Origin: Octopus sinensis
Lineage: Eukaryota
NCBI RefSeq assembly: GCF_006345805.1
Contig: NC_043000.1
Coordinates: forward strand, 122,326,001-122,390,000
Length of the DNA stretch: 64,000 bases
Direction: 5' to 3'
Under the pieces are notes generated by a model. It saw nothing but the letters and a program-made list of their open reading frames with translations. It was not told the origin of the DNA and did not search any database. Numbering within the stretch: the stretch's first letter is position 1; every line of letters starts with the position of its first letter. Made by a program: the position numbers and the translations under genes. Below, in pieces: positions 39,971-54,170 of the stretch.

Positions 39971-40994
39971 CAATACTGTGAAAGTCAAAATTCTGCAAAG
40001 TTATGTTTCACAGAACGTTGATATAATTTATCATCGTTAAATTTCAAAGTCGTTTACCAATCTCTATATTTTCCATGTATATATGTTGAATTATTGAATT
40101 ATGCTTGCTATATCTTTGCATACACATATCCACATACATTACTCAATATATATATATACACAAACAACAGCATGAATAAATAGTTATTTGTGAGGACTCA
40201 CTGAGTTTCACTGACTAGTGACAAAGAAAGACAATTCTTTAAATGAAAATTATCTGGTGTTCTATGAGCCGCATAAAAAGCAAAGAATAGAAAAAAAATC
40301 TAAATGGAAAAAGCAGTCAGAGTATATTAATAAAACAGATTTTGGTAATTTGGTTGTGTAATGAATCTAAAATCTGTTGAAGCTATTGTACGCAAGGTAA
40401 ATAAATATCTATATTTTTAACAATTCAATGATCAATGGGTTTTGAAAATTATTAAAGTTTGATATCATGTGAGCTATGACCATTTTTTTCTGTCTGTGTT
40501 CTGCTTCATATATGCATAACTATGCTTTACACATCATTTACCGTTATCTATGTGCTTGTATAGTATAGTATCTGACTCTGAAGTTGATATTTCTTCATAG
40601 AGCCACTTGGCTAGAGATGTATTCATTAACTATTCGTCTCCTCCATACAGAGATGCATTAATTATGTCTCCTCTTTCTTGATACTGTATTGTTTCACATT
40701 ATTTTCTCAAATTGATTAATTCCTGGTCTTATTTAAAAGTTGCACCCAGTTTTCTTAACAATACATTATTAGTGAATTAGAAGTAATCCAGCTCCTCCAT
40801 CACTTTCTTAAACTGATAATCCTGTTTTGTTTTACATTTATTCCATAATGAATATATTATCATTATTCTTGCTAGCATGAAAGGGACTGACAAAAGAATC
40901 AGCTTCGTTACTTAGGTGTCTTACCTCATCTATTTACGTCTCTATATACACACCCAGTTGTATTTGGTCTAAAAATACAATTATAAAAATGAGT

Positions 40995-41255
40995 GAACAT
41001 CCACATACATCTTACAATTCGTTGCAATATAGAGTTTCAAATAAATCGTTAATTATTACCGTTAATTATACGATAGGAATAATAAATATCATTATGAATA
41101 ATATATATTATAAATATTACAAATAAAATTTATTGAACTCCTGAGAAACCGACTATATACATCCACATACATGTTAAAATTCGTTGCAATATAGAGTTTC
41201 AAATAAATCATTTATTAGTACCGTTATTAATACGATAGAAATAACAAATATTATC
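40995..41255. repeat. Imperfect direct duplication, ~100 bp, period ~160
   Basis: catccacatacat...aattcgttgcaatatagagtttcaaataaatc occurs twice. Confidence 0.85.
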
Positions 41256-42169
41256 ATTGTTATTACTTATTATATTAAAACTAGTCTGACGCAATTTGGC
41301 GTGACTGAAAAGTGAAGTGATGTGAAAATATGAACAGTATAAAGTGTCGCTTAAAAACTATTTAGAAACTGACACGGCTACATAAAACTGAATTCATTCC
41401 AGTTTAACTAAACACATATCATGTCATATTATACTACAAATATCGCAATGACGTTTCTGAAATGTAGACTTATAAGCTTGCTTAGTAAACGTGATTTTCT
41501 CTTCATTGACATGTACGGATAGAATAATGCCAATAATGGATAGTCACTTCTGCCAAAATTACTGCAGAAGTAACAGTAAGAAATTGTCGAAAATATTTGG
41601 AGTGGCATGGCTGTCTTATGAAATATCTCTTTATTATTTAACTGGTGCCATTGTTGAAATTACTTTGCAATCTTTTAGCATGATAAAGTTATTGGGAATT
41701 TTCTGCTGCAGCAGTTTCAAGTGACATTTTTGAAAAGGATTCTACGATTTTGTTTGCAGCAAGTGGCAATTTAGCTTGAAACGATGCTGTCAAATCTCTG
41801 AGTATTTTCACTAATCGATTGCCATCATTTTCGTCATTTTGATTGCCATTAAAATACACTTGTAGCGTTCACAGACAGGTAACACAGTTTCCATTCTAAA
41901 TGCATTGTATTATGGCGGGGACGTTTATTTTATAAATACACACAAGTATACTTGCACGTAGACATGTGCACACTTACAAAGGATTACGCACACACATACA
42001 CATAAAAATATGGCTTACGTTCACATACATGCATTGCCAGTTATATATTCATTGTCTGTTCCATAAATATTCAAATGTAGGTATATACGGTGTACCATTC
42101 TCAAATAACACTTCTCAATATATGCGATTTTATTTATCGTTATATCTTTTAGATAATAAAAGACAGTAA

Positions 42170-42350
42170 TTACCGGTTTCGAATTTTAGCATAAGGCCAG
42201 CAGTTTCGGAGAGGGAGTGAAGTCAATTACTTCGATACCAGTGTTCGGCTGGTACTTATTTTATCAACTCCAAAAGGTTGAAAAGCAAAATAGATTCCGG
42301 TATTTCAACCCCAAAGCAAATGCCGTTAAGCATTTTGTACGGCGTGCCTT
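42170..42350 (-). mobile_element. Degenerate family-B-like SINE
   Basis: ggccagcagtttcgg...ctggtacttattttatc...aagcattttgtacggcgtgc. Confidence 0.6.
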
Positions 42351-42954
42351 AAAAAATTGCAATTATTAAAAAAAAAGAGTACCATAAACAATCAGGTGCT
42401 GCGATGGATTAATCGAATAGAAGTCAGGATCTGAACCACTAAAACGGTTTGAGGTTAACTTTTACTTCATTCTAGCGAAGACTGTATTTGCTTCGTCCTT
42501 TCCCTCGAACAGTACCAGTGGCGTTGAGCAAAGACATCTGTTGTATAATCAAATGCTGCCAAAATTACAAACATCAGCTAATCCGTAGTCTGGAAATGGC
42601 ACTTAAGTGTCGATCCACTGATAATTACTAATATAGACAGGTCGTTAAAATAAAGTGTCAGAGATATAGTGGGATCAAAGCCACCGAATAACCTCCTCCT
42701 CCAAATCTGAAATACCGTTTGTTTCTTAGCAATATTATTATTATTATTGTTGTTGTTGCTGTTGTTGTTGTTGTTGATGATGATGTTGTTGTTATTATTT
42801 ACTTTTAATCTGCATGTTTGCTGCACTCATTCTTCACTACTTTTTTTTCAGCTTCACTGCTAGGATGTACTACTCGTACACTGGGTTCTGTGATTCTGCT
42901 GCCTATTTCATCTGCATTCTTGCTGTTTTCATTTCGTCCACCAAAGGATAGTTG

Positions 42955-43233
42955 TGTCCAGAGGTGAATTATTCAAACTCGAAAGAATCCCTCTCAATAG
43001 ATGGCTATGATGCCCCCCCCCACTACTTATGCTCGTAATCAGAGATGCACCTTTCGTCAGCCACTAAGGAAGATGCTCAACTGGTTAAGATCAAACAACT
43101 GACAAGCAAATCTGTGGTATTGAGCAGAATATTTGCCGTCGCCCATTTTTTTATACCAAGAGAAAAGAATGTACATGATAACACTTCCAGTCAGTTAAGA
43201 TCAGAAGCCAAGGGAGCCACAACCTGATTATTA

Positions 43234-43277
<44 letters not shown>

Positions 43278-43630
43278 GAGTGAGAGAGCAGTTCATGCCA
43301 TCAAAGTGACACTGGGGTAAAATATACGAAGCCCAATATACCCATCATGACTACCCGTCTGATAAGGGTACACCAGGCATATGCATCACATGTGCGCGAC
43401 ATGGTGATCTCATATCAAGATAAACAGCGCATGACCTTGCAGGTGGGGCCCAGTTAGAATTTTCTTCAGGTTGAGTAGCCCATCCCGCTCAAAAGGTCCC
43501 TGAATAAGGGTTGTTTAAGGATGTTGAAAGAACCACCCATGTTTCCAGAGGTGAATTATTCAAACCCCAAAGAATCCCTCTCAACACATGGCTATGATGC
43601 TCCCCCACTACTTCTGCTCGTGATCAGAGA
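42955..43630 (-). mobile_element. Two overlapping pieces of an (AAT)n-tailed interspersed repeat
   Basis: ccagaggtgaattattcaaa...ctatgatgc...cagagatgcac occurs at ~42958 and ~43545; TAT tract at 43230-43277. Confidence 0.7.
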
Positions 43631-43643
43631 TGCACATATCATC

Positions 43644-43701
<58 letters not shown>

Positions 43702-44119
43702 GCTGCGAGCTAGCATAATCATTAGCACGCCGAGCAAAAGGACTAGCGTTATTTCACACGTCTTTACATCCTAAGTTTAGTGCACGCACTCCCCGTTTGT
43801 TATCGTTGGATTAAATAATAAGGTATTGAGTACTTTATTTTTCAGTGTTTGTGCATGAGGGTTGGGGACGGAGACGTTCTGTTGTTGATTTGAACCAATA
43901 TGTGGCGAACGTATTTACGCATGTGCGAGTAATGGAGAGGGTACACAGCTAAAATACATCATTTCATCTGGAAAAATAGAAATAAATTTCAATGATAATT
44001 AATTAATCGGATATAATCCAACACTTTGTCAACTATTTCAGGTTCCATGTATTTTTATTCTGGATGTTTTTGGATAGATTTCGGAGCAGCGTTTTATGTT
44101 CTCACATGTTAAACGCCTC

Positions 44120-44177
44120 GGGGGTTGCTGTTACTATTATTATTATTACCCTTCGCCCTTGAAGCAAGTAAATTTAA

Positions 44178-44248
<71 letters not shown>

Positions 44249-44252
44249 ATTG

Positions 44253-44301
<49 letters not shown>

Positions 44302-44302
44302 C

Positions 44303-44349
<47 letters not shown>

Positions 44350-44385
44350 GTATATCTATTATTGTTGTTATTGTCGTTGTTTCAT
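44120..44385. repeat. Compound (TAT)n/(TGT)n microsatellite
   Basis: Direct reading. Confidence 0.95.
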
Positions 44386-44816
44386 TCACATTTTTTCTTA
44401 TTTCGCCTGTTGTGGATTAAATGATATCAAGTTACATCTAGCAAACTCGTTTCTAAGCACCTTTCATATAATGCTTGCTTTGCCAAGAAATCCTATTCGA
44501 TATCCTGCATCCTCAAAAAGACAAGACTGCCTTTCAAACACTTAAAAGACATTTCAAAATTCTGGAACGATATATAATTCCAGATGTAAATATTGCTACA
44601 TAATTTTCTGCGTATTATTTCACTGCAAAATTTTCAATTCCAAGCACGTCGTTGTTTCTTCCATATCCCCAAAGTGTTTCTATTCAACATTAAAAATATT
44701 TGGTATTTTTCGGTTAGTTTGTATGACATATTACCATTGCGTTGTTCACGCAGGCATGTCTACGCATTTAAAAAGTTGAATCCGCCACAATGCATGGTAT
44801 CTTACGATAAAAAACG

Positions 44817-45119
44817 TCGCCTTTTTCAAGCCTAGCCAGGCTCATGGGCCCGGTTTCCCGGTTTCTGTGGCGTATCAGTTCCCCCCAGCTGGACGGAACG
44901 CCAGTCCATCGCAGCGTTCCTCAAGAAACAGGAAGGGAGGGTGAGAGAAAGTTGTGGCGAAAGAGTACAACAGGTGTCGCCACCCCTCCTGTCGGGGATT
45001 CGTTGAGCTTTTTAGGTGTTTTCTCTCAATAAACACACGACGCCCGGCCTGGGAATCGAAACTGCGATTCTCCGACCGCGAGTCCGCTGCCCTAACCACT
45101 GGGCCATTGTGTCTCCACA
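44817..45119 (-). mobile_element. SINE with a family-D head/core and a family-C tail
   Basis: 44935-45119 matches 32280-32470; 44817-44915 matches the reverse complement of 46345-46440. Confidence 0.8.
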
Positions 45120-45124
45120 AATAA

Positions 45125-45371
45125 ATGTCCCTTCTCGAGCCATGCCAGGTTCATAAGGGCCGGTTTCCCGGTTTCAGTGGCATAGAAATTCCCCACCTGG
45201 ACGGGCCGCCGGTCCGTCGCAGGATTACTCATTTTTACCAGCTGAGTGGACTGGAGCAACGTGAAATGAAGTGTTTTGCTCAAGAACACAACGCGTCACC
45301 CGGTCCAGGAATCGAAACTACAACCTTACGATCATGAGTTCAGCACCCTAACCTCTAAGCCACGCGCTTCC
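45125..45371 (-). mobile_element. tRNA-derived SINE family C
   Basis: Reverse-complement similarity to 46197-46440. Confidence 0.88.
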
Positions 45372-46196
45372 CCCATGGTATCTTAGGCAACTGCATTTAC
45401 TACAGCCTCAGATCTACCAGAAACTTGTTAATAAATCTGTGGACGGAAAGGGTATAAAAACTACCACCTGGATAGACTCTAGAAATGATTCAACGATCCA
45501 GTCGTATCAACTTGTGTGATACGAATCGTATTTGCGAATAACTTTAAGGACATACGTCTCTGCGATACATTCAACCACTTTCCACGTTAATTTTATGTGT
45601 AAGTTGCCCAGTTTCAGTATAAGTTTTCATTTTCAATGTATTATAACAAATCAGATCTGGGTTGTTGTAGCTGAATTGTTGAAAAGTATACTGATAATGC
45701 ACATCATGTATGTTTATACATATCTTGTGTAATTTTATGTAGGATAAATGTATATAATTTATTACGCATACATCTTAAGTAATATTGTCTTAGCATGGGA
45801 ATTTTTTTTATTGAGTATATTGTAAACAAATCTGTCGCAGAATTGCTATATTATTAGGCTTTCGATTATATTTTGTGCCGTATAGTTCCGGTTATCCTAA
45901 TTTAATATAGCCGATTGTTTCAGGAAAAGCATCGCCAAGGAACGATTGAATCGTGATTTGGAGATAGAGGAACGGACGAATAGCTGACTTAGTAAACGAA
46001 TTATTTAGACATAATCAAATATCGCAAACATATGAATCTCTGCAACCATTCACCCGCCAGATGTGGATCCGAACAAAACTGAGTCACATACAAGCGTTTA
46101 TCTTTTCTTATGAATAATAGATTGTAACAGTTAATATGACATAACATATAGATAAATTGTATATTTGTATAAATAAGGCAGTATGTATGTGTACGT

Positions 46197-46440
46197 GGAG
46201 GCGCGTGACTTAGTGGCTAGGGTGTCAGCATCATGATCGAAAGATTGTGGTTTCGATTCCTGGACCGGGCGACGCGTTGTGTTCTTGAGCAAAACACATC
46301 ATTTCACGTTGCTCCAGTTTACTCAGCTCGCAAATTATGAGTAACGCTGCAATGGACTGCCGTCTCGTCCAGCTGTGGAACAAATACGCCATTGAAACCG
46401 GGAAACCAGGCCCATGAGCCTGGCTAGGCTTTAAATGGGC
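46197..46440 (+). mobile_element. tRNA-derived SINE family C
   Basis: ggcgcgtgacttagtggctagg head, ggtttcgattcc B-box, ctgcaatggactgccgtctcgtccag core. Confidence 0.9.
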
Positions 46441-46510
46441 CCTTTTATTATTTTTATTTTATGTATGTATACGTAGATAAGTGTGTGTATGCGTATATAT
46501 ATATATATAT

Positions 46511-46559
<49 letters not shown>

Positions 46560-47412
46560 TACACATACATATGTATATATGCACAAATACACAAACATAT
46601 AAGTATACACTTTGGTGCGTATAGGTTTTTGGATATGTGTATATGCGATCCGAGTGGCCCAGCATGACTGAAGCCAGAAAAAGAACGTATGTACTTGCAT
46701 GCATCTGGGAAAGCCTACCTGAAACCTAGCTTGCTGATAGTATGTATGTAAAATACAAACGAAGCAATCAGAATTACCAAAGAGTTGCATGTGTAGGGCT
46801 ACGTTATGTAAACATCTACATCTTGCTCTCGATTTTCTAAATACGCTTTGAACAAATTTATACTTTCATAATATTTTCGCATAGAATGCTCATGTCATTT
46901 GCAACAACCAATTGCAATAGTACTAACAAAAGCTGAAACTGTCAATAGCGGGATGAAAGACTGATATATTAAATCAGTATTTCTTATGTAAGCACGGATC
47001 CGTTAATATTAAATTAATATATCCATCTGCTAATGACTTGTAAGGACACCGTATTTCGTTATACAACCATAATATACTACAAGGTATATTAACCGCTTTA
47101 TAAGTCAACAGTGTATACTACTGTGTTAGCCGTGCTATTAAATCACTTGTTAACGTTAGTTTGAGAGATTTTCTTTCGAAATTATAACACGTGCTGATTT
47201 GTTAGGACGTTTCATATCCGAATACATCTAATATGAACAACAATGCGATCGAAGCCATTAATATGTACATACCAGATACCAGGAATGTGTTTGATATGTG
47301 CAATTGCCATATCCAATGGTATTACACTGCTATATTTAGTAGCTATTTACATGATGGCAGTGATTGAAAAATCACCGATGTTGAAATTCGCCATCCGGCT
47401 TAATAAAATGCG

Positions 47413-47463
<51 letters not shown>

Positions 47464-47614
47464 GTTAGACGCACTATTTGATTATGGTAGCCATTTATGT
47501 ATCATATGTAATGGCCAATATAATGCTAAAAGCAAAATGGCTGCAGTATTTGTGTCTTGCCATGGGAGAGTGATTTTAGTTACGGCTTAATCCTTCAGTT
47601 TCCTCCTTACTCAC

Positions 47615-47682
47615 TTTCGCACCTTCATTTCTTGCTTTCTCTTGCTCATTTTCAATTTCATTCTTGCAATATCAGCGGCGGC
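47615..47682 (-). CDS. Possible isolated 68-nt coding exon (AAADIARMKLKMSKRKQEMKVR)
   Basis: Acceptor ttcacacttcag, consensus donor gtgagt, only one open frame. No homology recognised. Confidence 0.3.
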
Positions 47683-47840
47683 CTGAAGTGTGAAATATTC
47701 CTGTTTCATTAAGTCAAGTGTTTGTCTGGAATAAGATATAGTGTGAAGCATGAGTTAATAAGGATGAGAGTAACGATTGTTACTGAATTGTATCTGGCAG
47801 TTGCCTTTTTTTCTTTCAATTACACAATTATATATACATA

Positions 47841-48234
47841 GGCGCAGGAGTGGTTGTGTGGTAAGTAGCTTGCTTACCAACCACATGGTTCCGGGTTCAG
47901 TCCCACTGCGTGGCATCTTGGGCAAGTGTCTTCTACTATAGCCACGGGCCGACCAAAGCCTTGTGAGTGGATTTTGTAGACGGAAACCGAAAGAAGTCCG
48001 TCGTATATATGTATTATATGTATGTGTGTATGTTTCTGTGTCTGTGTTTGTCCCCCTAGCATTGCTTGACAGCCGATGTTGGTGTGTTTATGTCCCCGTA
48101 ACGTAGCGGTTCGGCAAAAGAGACCGATAAAATAAGTACTAGGCTTACAAAGAATAAGTTCTGGGGTCGATTTGCTCGAGTAAAGGCGATGCTCCAGCAT
48201 GGGCGCGGTCAAATGACTGAAACAAGTAAAAGAG
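47841..48234 (+). mobile_element. SINE family A, full length
   Basis: ggcgcaggagtggttgtgtggtaag head through ...gactgaaacaagtaaaagag tail. Confidence 0.92.
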
Positions 48235-49308
48235 TTATAATGACTTAATGAGTATTTCTGTGATTAGAGAATTCACCACATGCAGAAGTCACTATGCACA
48301 ATGTCTGTTTCACAAATAAATAATTACAATATAATTTTTAGACGTGCGATGGAAACATAATATCATTCTGCTAATATATACGGAAGATATAAACAAATAA
48401 AATCTTATGTAGTTACTTCAATCATAACTTTAATAGATTTTAGCACCGAATGAACACAAATCCAGTGATTCTCTAACAACTTCCTAATCAACTGAATAGA
48501 GAAGGGCAGGATAACCTTTTGGTCTGAATTCATTGAAAGAGCGAGTAACAGTTGAAGAACTGAAGAAAAGGAAATTGTTACAAATGTCATAATTATATTA
48601 TTATTATCGCCTTATCAACGCCAGCTCTAACAATCTTTTGACATTCATTAGTGAAGCAGTGCATTATTTCTAACTTAAAACATTTCCGATTTACTTGATG
48701 ATGTTCAACTGTTTTCATTTAATGAAGAATTTAAGAAAACTTCTGAGATTCTCTGTCTTTAATTATTTTCGCTTATAGCTAAACGTCTTACAACATACTA
48801 CCATCATTCAAACCAATTCTGTCGTTAAACCAAGTAGCATCCATTCATATCAATAGCACTTGGCGTGCATCTCTCCCTTTTATTATGATTTTTTCTAGCA
48901 GCCACGATGTGTAGCTTACAATTAAAGATTATTTAAGATTTTGATTACGTCATAAAGAGAACTACTAGATATTTATGCGTATACACATGCATGTGTGTGT
49001 GTATGTCAGTATGTGTGTTTCAATGTACGTATGTCTGTCTGAGTGTACAAATATATATGCATCTACACACACATGTTCATAAACACATTCATATAAATAC
49101 ACATGTGTGTATGTGTGTATGAAAACATAATTACAGTTTACAGTAAAAGAACTACTATTGCGATAGACTATAATTTCATATTACCTATATAAATAACCCG
49201 CCTCTGAGGCGTTCATTTCTTTATGCAGGTTTGAATAACGTTTTATTGTAAAGAGGTATATATTTATTTATCTAGGTGGGAGAGAAAAAGAAGGTGAAAA
49301 AGTGAGTG

Positions 49309-49445
<137 letters not shown>

Positions 49446-50289
49446 ATGATGATCATTGCCTCGTCTTGTCAGATGATAATCTCGTTGTTCTGATTTACTT
49501 TACAAAACGGATCAAGAACTGAAATGAGAGTGAGGAATGGTAATTAAAGTGTGATTTCACGCTCCACACAACTCTACAACTCCCCGAACTGGAGCCTCTA
49601 CATCAGATGCAGTTTAATATCATGCTCAAATCACCCCCACACACACACAACTCACACACACACCACACACACTCTCAATACCTACATAAACACGCAACAC
49701 ACACACACACACAAATGTACTCAACAGTGCAGGATTTCCCGATTAACGATAGACTGAATCAATCTAGAACTGGCGACAGTAAATAGCAACGTCAGTGAGA
49801 ACCGCTCAGCCGACCAGCCAAGTCTTTCTGTATTAAAGCATCTTGGCCGCCATCATTTCCACTGTCATAATACTAATATCGTATATCAACAAAGACCAGA
49901 GGCGCTTTAGTACCAGCATGAACGGCCGGCAGCGGATTTATACTTGCCAGAGAGTCCTGAAATATATATTGCTACAAGTTCTGTTTTGAAATTTCCTTGG
50001 CTTCATTTTACATTTTTGTCTCAATCAGAAAGTTGTCATACACCGTTCAAGATATTTTCCTACCATTGATTGAATGGTGTGGTTAGCTATAGTAAATTAC
50101 CTATACACACTTTGACACAAGTTCATAACTATAATTACATTTGAACCATTGAGGCTTGTACATACTTACACTCAATGAACACTATTTATTGAGTTGTTAT
50201 ATGCCCGGATTAGAAGACTTCAGCTTGCCGTACTATTCTAAATGCTTAATTTCGCGGTTCGAAGCCGTTCATCTCCGAATCCATATGAT

Positions 50290-50500
50290 CTTCTCTTCTT
50301 CTTCTTAATCCCTTTTGCCCCTTGTGGAGCATAGGGCCTCAACAGTTGTTTTCCACTTTTGCAGCCATGGCGTGTATTTTGACAGTTTCCCATGTCAGGC
50401 CGGTGGTCCTGAGCTCGTCCAAAATGCTCTGCTTCCATTTCTACTTCGGGGGTTCTCACTTCCTTTTCCCCTGCGGGTTCCAGTCATGATAGGGATTCTA
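50290..50500 (-). mobile_element. 3' end of an RTE-type LINE with a (GAA)n tail
   Basis: Frameshifted translation DWNPQGKRK...WKQSILDELRTTGLTWETVK...TVEALCSTRG, the typical RTE/RTEX ORF2 C-terminus. Confidence 0.8.
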
Positions 50501-50517
50501 AATTTACCGTAGTATTC

Positions 50518-50566
50518 TTTTACTAGCTTCAGTCATTTGACTGCGGCCATGCTGGAGCACCGCCTT
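50518..50566 (-). mobile_element. Isolated 3' tail of SINE family A
   Basis: ttcagtcatttgactgcggccatgctggagcaccgcctt. Confidence 0.75.
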
Positions 50567-50804
50567 ATTGGATGGAACACAGTTAATATTTTTACTTTAT
50601 TTCGCAAAAGTTCGTTTTTCAGTCTAAAGTATATTTGGGTGCTGACGAGTCGAAAAGGAGGACAAAACGACACTATATACAGTGACCAGTGACTTTATGG
50701 AGCTTATTTCATGGAAATGAGAACTGTAAGAATAAGTACATAGAATTACATGTATGTTCTTCACTCTTTGCATAGATCAATCAACGTAACAGCAACAAAC
50801 GTCG

Positions 50805-50996
50805 CCGTTCAAGAATTTGGACCTGGAGATCTTCGAGGGTCACCTCCCAGTGGTGTCGGGCGTCAACGAAGAGCCCACGACTACAACAAGACGACCAAAG
50901 TTTTTTTTCTAGGGTCTGGGGTCTCCCGCCCCTAATCCCTAGACCATCACCCAATCACCATTACCCGTCTTGTTGCTTAACAACAACAACAACAAA
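50805..50996 (+). mobile_element. Short retroposed insertion with a (CAA)n tail and a 14-bp TSD
   Basis: AGCAACAAACGTCG at 50791-50804 and 50997-51010; GC-rich body. Confidence 0.8.
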
Positions 50997-53900
50997 AGCA
51001 ACAAACGTCGAAGCCAATCTCTCCCTTTCAGTAGCAGTCGCTAATAAAACAAGTATATTTGTAAGGTTTAAGAAGTTCTCTTCTCCACGTTGTTTTCGAC
51101 TCAACCTCAACAAGCAGCACCTTGGCCAATTGTTTTTTTATTACAGACTCAGATTATGCCTTGTGAAGGAAATTTCTAGACGTAATTTGTGCGGAGATCC
51201 ATTGTATGTATGTACGTTTGATGTGTGTGTGTGTGTGTGCGTTGTGAGCGCGTATCTCCCTATGCGTGTACGGGTGTGTGTCTTTGCCATTGTCTCTGAC
51301 AGAGAGACAAAAGTGTATGCGTGATGTAATTACCTCCCCGTAAAAATACGCAATAATCACCGGATCGGATTGAACCCGACTTCGCTGATTAAACGTTTAA
51401 AATGAGAGCTGAGTCTGGGCGCAACCCAATTATTGACACAAGTAAAAGCATGCAAGTGTAAATTGTTTCGATTTCTATTGTCTTCACGGCTTCGTCAAAT
51501 CAAAGTTTATCCACTCTAGTGTAATCACATTTTAGAATTCTGAAATATACAGCTTCGTACCAGTAACGAATCCAGAAGATTACAAGAGAACAAGTTCAAT
51601 AAATTAAACATAAATCCCTGAGTATTAAATCATATTAAATACATAATATTTGATGAGAGATTTTATAAAACATTTATTTAAGTACAGGAGGGATTGCTTT
51701 TCCATTTTTCCTTAATACCGTAATTTGCACTATTTCCTTGAGGATATGCATGCCACGCGTTTCTGATAAGGTTTTAAAATTTGGGATTATATGACCAATT
51801 AAAATTTCAATTTTAATTATTTTGCCTAAAGAATAACATTAAGATTCCGGTTTGTCTTTTCATTATTGGTGAACAGGATTTTATTCTACCAAGATAGCTG
51901 AAGAAAAAATTAAATAAAGCAAGATTTTTAAAAGTTATGAGTTATGAAGATCAATGAGCTGGAAACTAAATCAGCAATAATCTACGACTTTCGAAATATA
52001 TTGATTATCTTAACTGTTATCCGAGGCATTTTCGAGGAAAATTAAAAATATGAATCATGTCGGAAAATATATGGGCTTTCTTATATTTTTCTTGCGTGAG
52101 ATTTCAAGGAATACAGTATTATAGATCCATTACTATCCATATTACTGATCGGTTTCCGACTACGTGTTACTAGATGCTAGATAACAGAACAGATGAATAA
52201 TAACACGTGTTCTTCTGAGAGTTCAGGTATGGCACGAAACCAATTCATAAAATCGGATGTAAAACTGAATGCTTTGATAAATATAATCTTTCTGTTGACA
52301 AATATACGAGTTTATATTTTTCCTGAGTTATGGATCCTTATTATATATGTGTGTGCTTGTGTATATATATATATATATATAAAATGTATATCTATATATA
52401 TACTGTACATATATATACACATTATATATATATATATATGTAATTTACATTATACATCTCTATAAAAGAGAGATTGTATGTGTGTGTAGGTGCGTACGTT
52501 CCTTATGCATTCCAAAACTGCGTTGTCGATTTTGATGTCAAAAGTTGCAGTAAGCATTCAGCTACGAACTAAAATTCATTCACATATTTGCAAGACAAAA
52601 AGTTAACATTATAATTTTTCATTTAGTCACCTATCGTAAACGACAGTTTGTATCACCACTACAACGACGACAACGTCATAGTTTCTGTATGTGTTCGCGC
52701 GTTCGTTACGTACGTTATACTGATGACTGACAAGTGAATGTGTGTGACGGTGTATGTGTCTGTCAGTAGGCATACATTTTTGTGACGACTGACACACACA
52801 CAAACATACAGCTAAAGACACAACTGACACAGAGACAGAGATAGACTTGAGGTGTGCGTGAATGTATGTCTGTGTGTGTCTCTGTCTATATATGTATGTG
52901 ACTATACTACCCAACATTGAAACGCGCCGATCTTGAAAGAGTTTAGTCTAGTTGTGTCCTGGATGTTGAACGAGCAACAGCGTTCACCTTGCAGTACCAC
53001 CATGATGAAGCTTTGGCTGATTCTTACAACACACAATACTCCCAAATATGTCTGAAAAAATGTTATTATGGCTATTACAACAAATGCGGAAACTTGGAGA
53101 AGTAGAATACTTTAACGACTCTTTTAATATAATTACAGAAATATTATTCCACTCGTTATAACCAGTTTGAAGATAATACTTTTTTAACAGTCCTAGCGTC
53201 CTTATCGTATGTCTGCTATGCTCTTTCGTCACTGTGAGTACTCGATGCCGCACAACCTTTTTTACTGCGTTACTCAGTATTTATTCTTGGACCTATAAAT
53301 TTACACAGTTAAAATATATAGTAATGTCAAATTCATTTATGTCTTGCTACATACATCTTTCCGCAATTCTTTTAAATTAATTAATGTTCGCAACAGTAAC
53401 ATATTCCTCTCTCTCTACACTTTGTTCAGCGATCGTTTCAAAATTGTAAAGTAGTAAATTATTTTTGTGTGAAAAATTGAATTATACCTTCTGAATTTTC
53501 TTGGAGTTTCGCATTCTTCACCGTGACATTCATTCAATCGTGAATTTTATAAAATTTAGTACATGTTCCAAATAAATGTTACCTTCCTGTATTTTGCAAC
53601 ATTGGTGATGCATAGAAACTTTTTTCTAAATTGGTGATTTTCCAACGCTGGAACATTCATTTTGGAAATGTGCTCTAAAAATGTTTTATAGTATAACTAT
53701 GCTAAAGAATGTATGTTTTGCACAAGTACTGACTATATTTCGTTTTTTTCTGAACTTTGTGTGTGTACGTTTTGCTATTTTCAATATTATGAATTCTATG
53801 AGTATGCATATGTCTGTGAGTGTTTCTGCGCTCGTTATGTCTATAGTAAACTGTATTAAAGCACATTTTACGCTTTTTTTAATGAGCCCACAACTAATGA

Positions 53901-54170
53901 ATTAATCATCCTTATGGTTGGCGATCCCCATGAAAATCATATTCTCATTTGTGTTCGAGATAACAACCTTAAACGTTTTTCACAGACTCATCCCTCTTAT
54001 GATGCTCCCCAGTATCCCCTTATTCTGTTGAATATTCCACAGATTGAACCTGCAACAGCAGAGCCAATTACAAACAAAAAGGCGTTGTCAAATGACTTCT
54101 ATTTATACCAACTGATATTAAGACCAGAACAATCAAATCAAATACGCATGTCAAATAAACTTTAGTTTCA

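Noticed and set aside
46197-46270. tRNA-like sequences at SINE heads
   Set aside because: They run directly into SINE bodies and lack complete cloverleafs; no true tRNA gene is supported.
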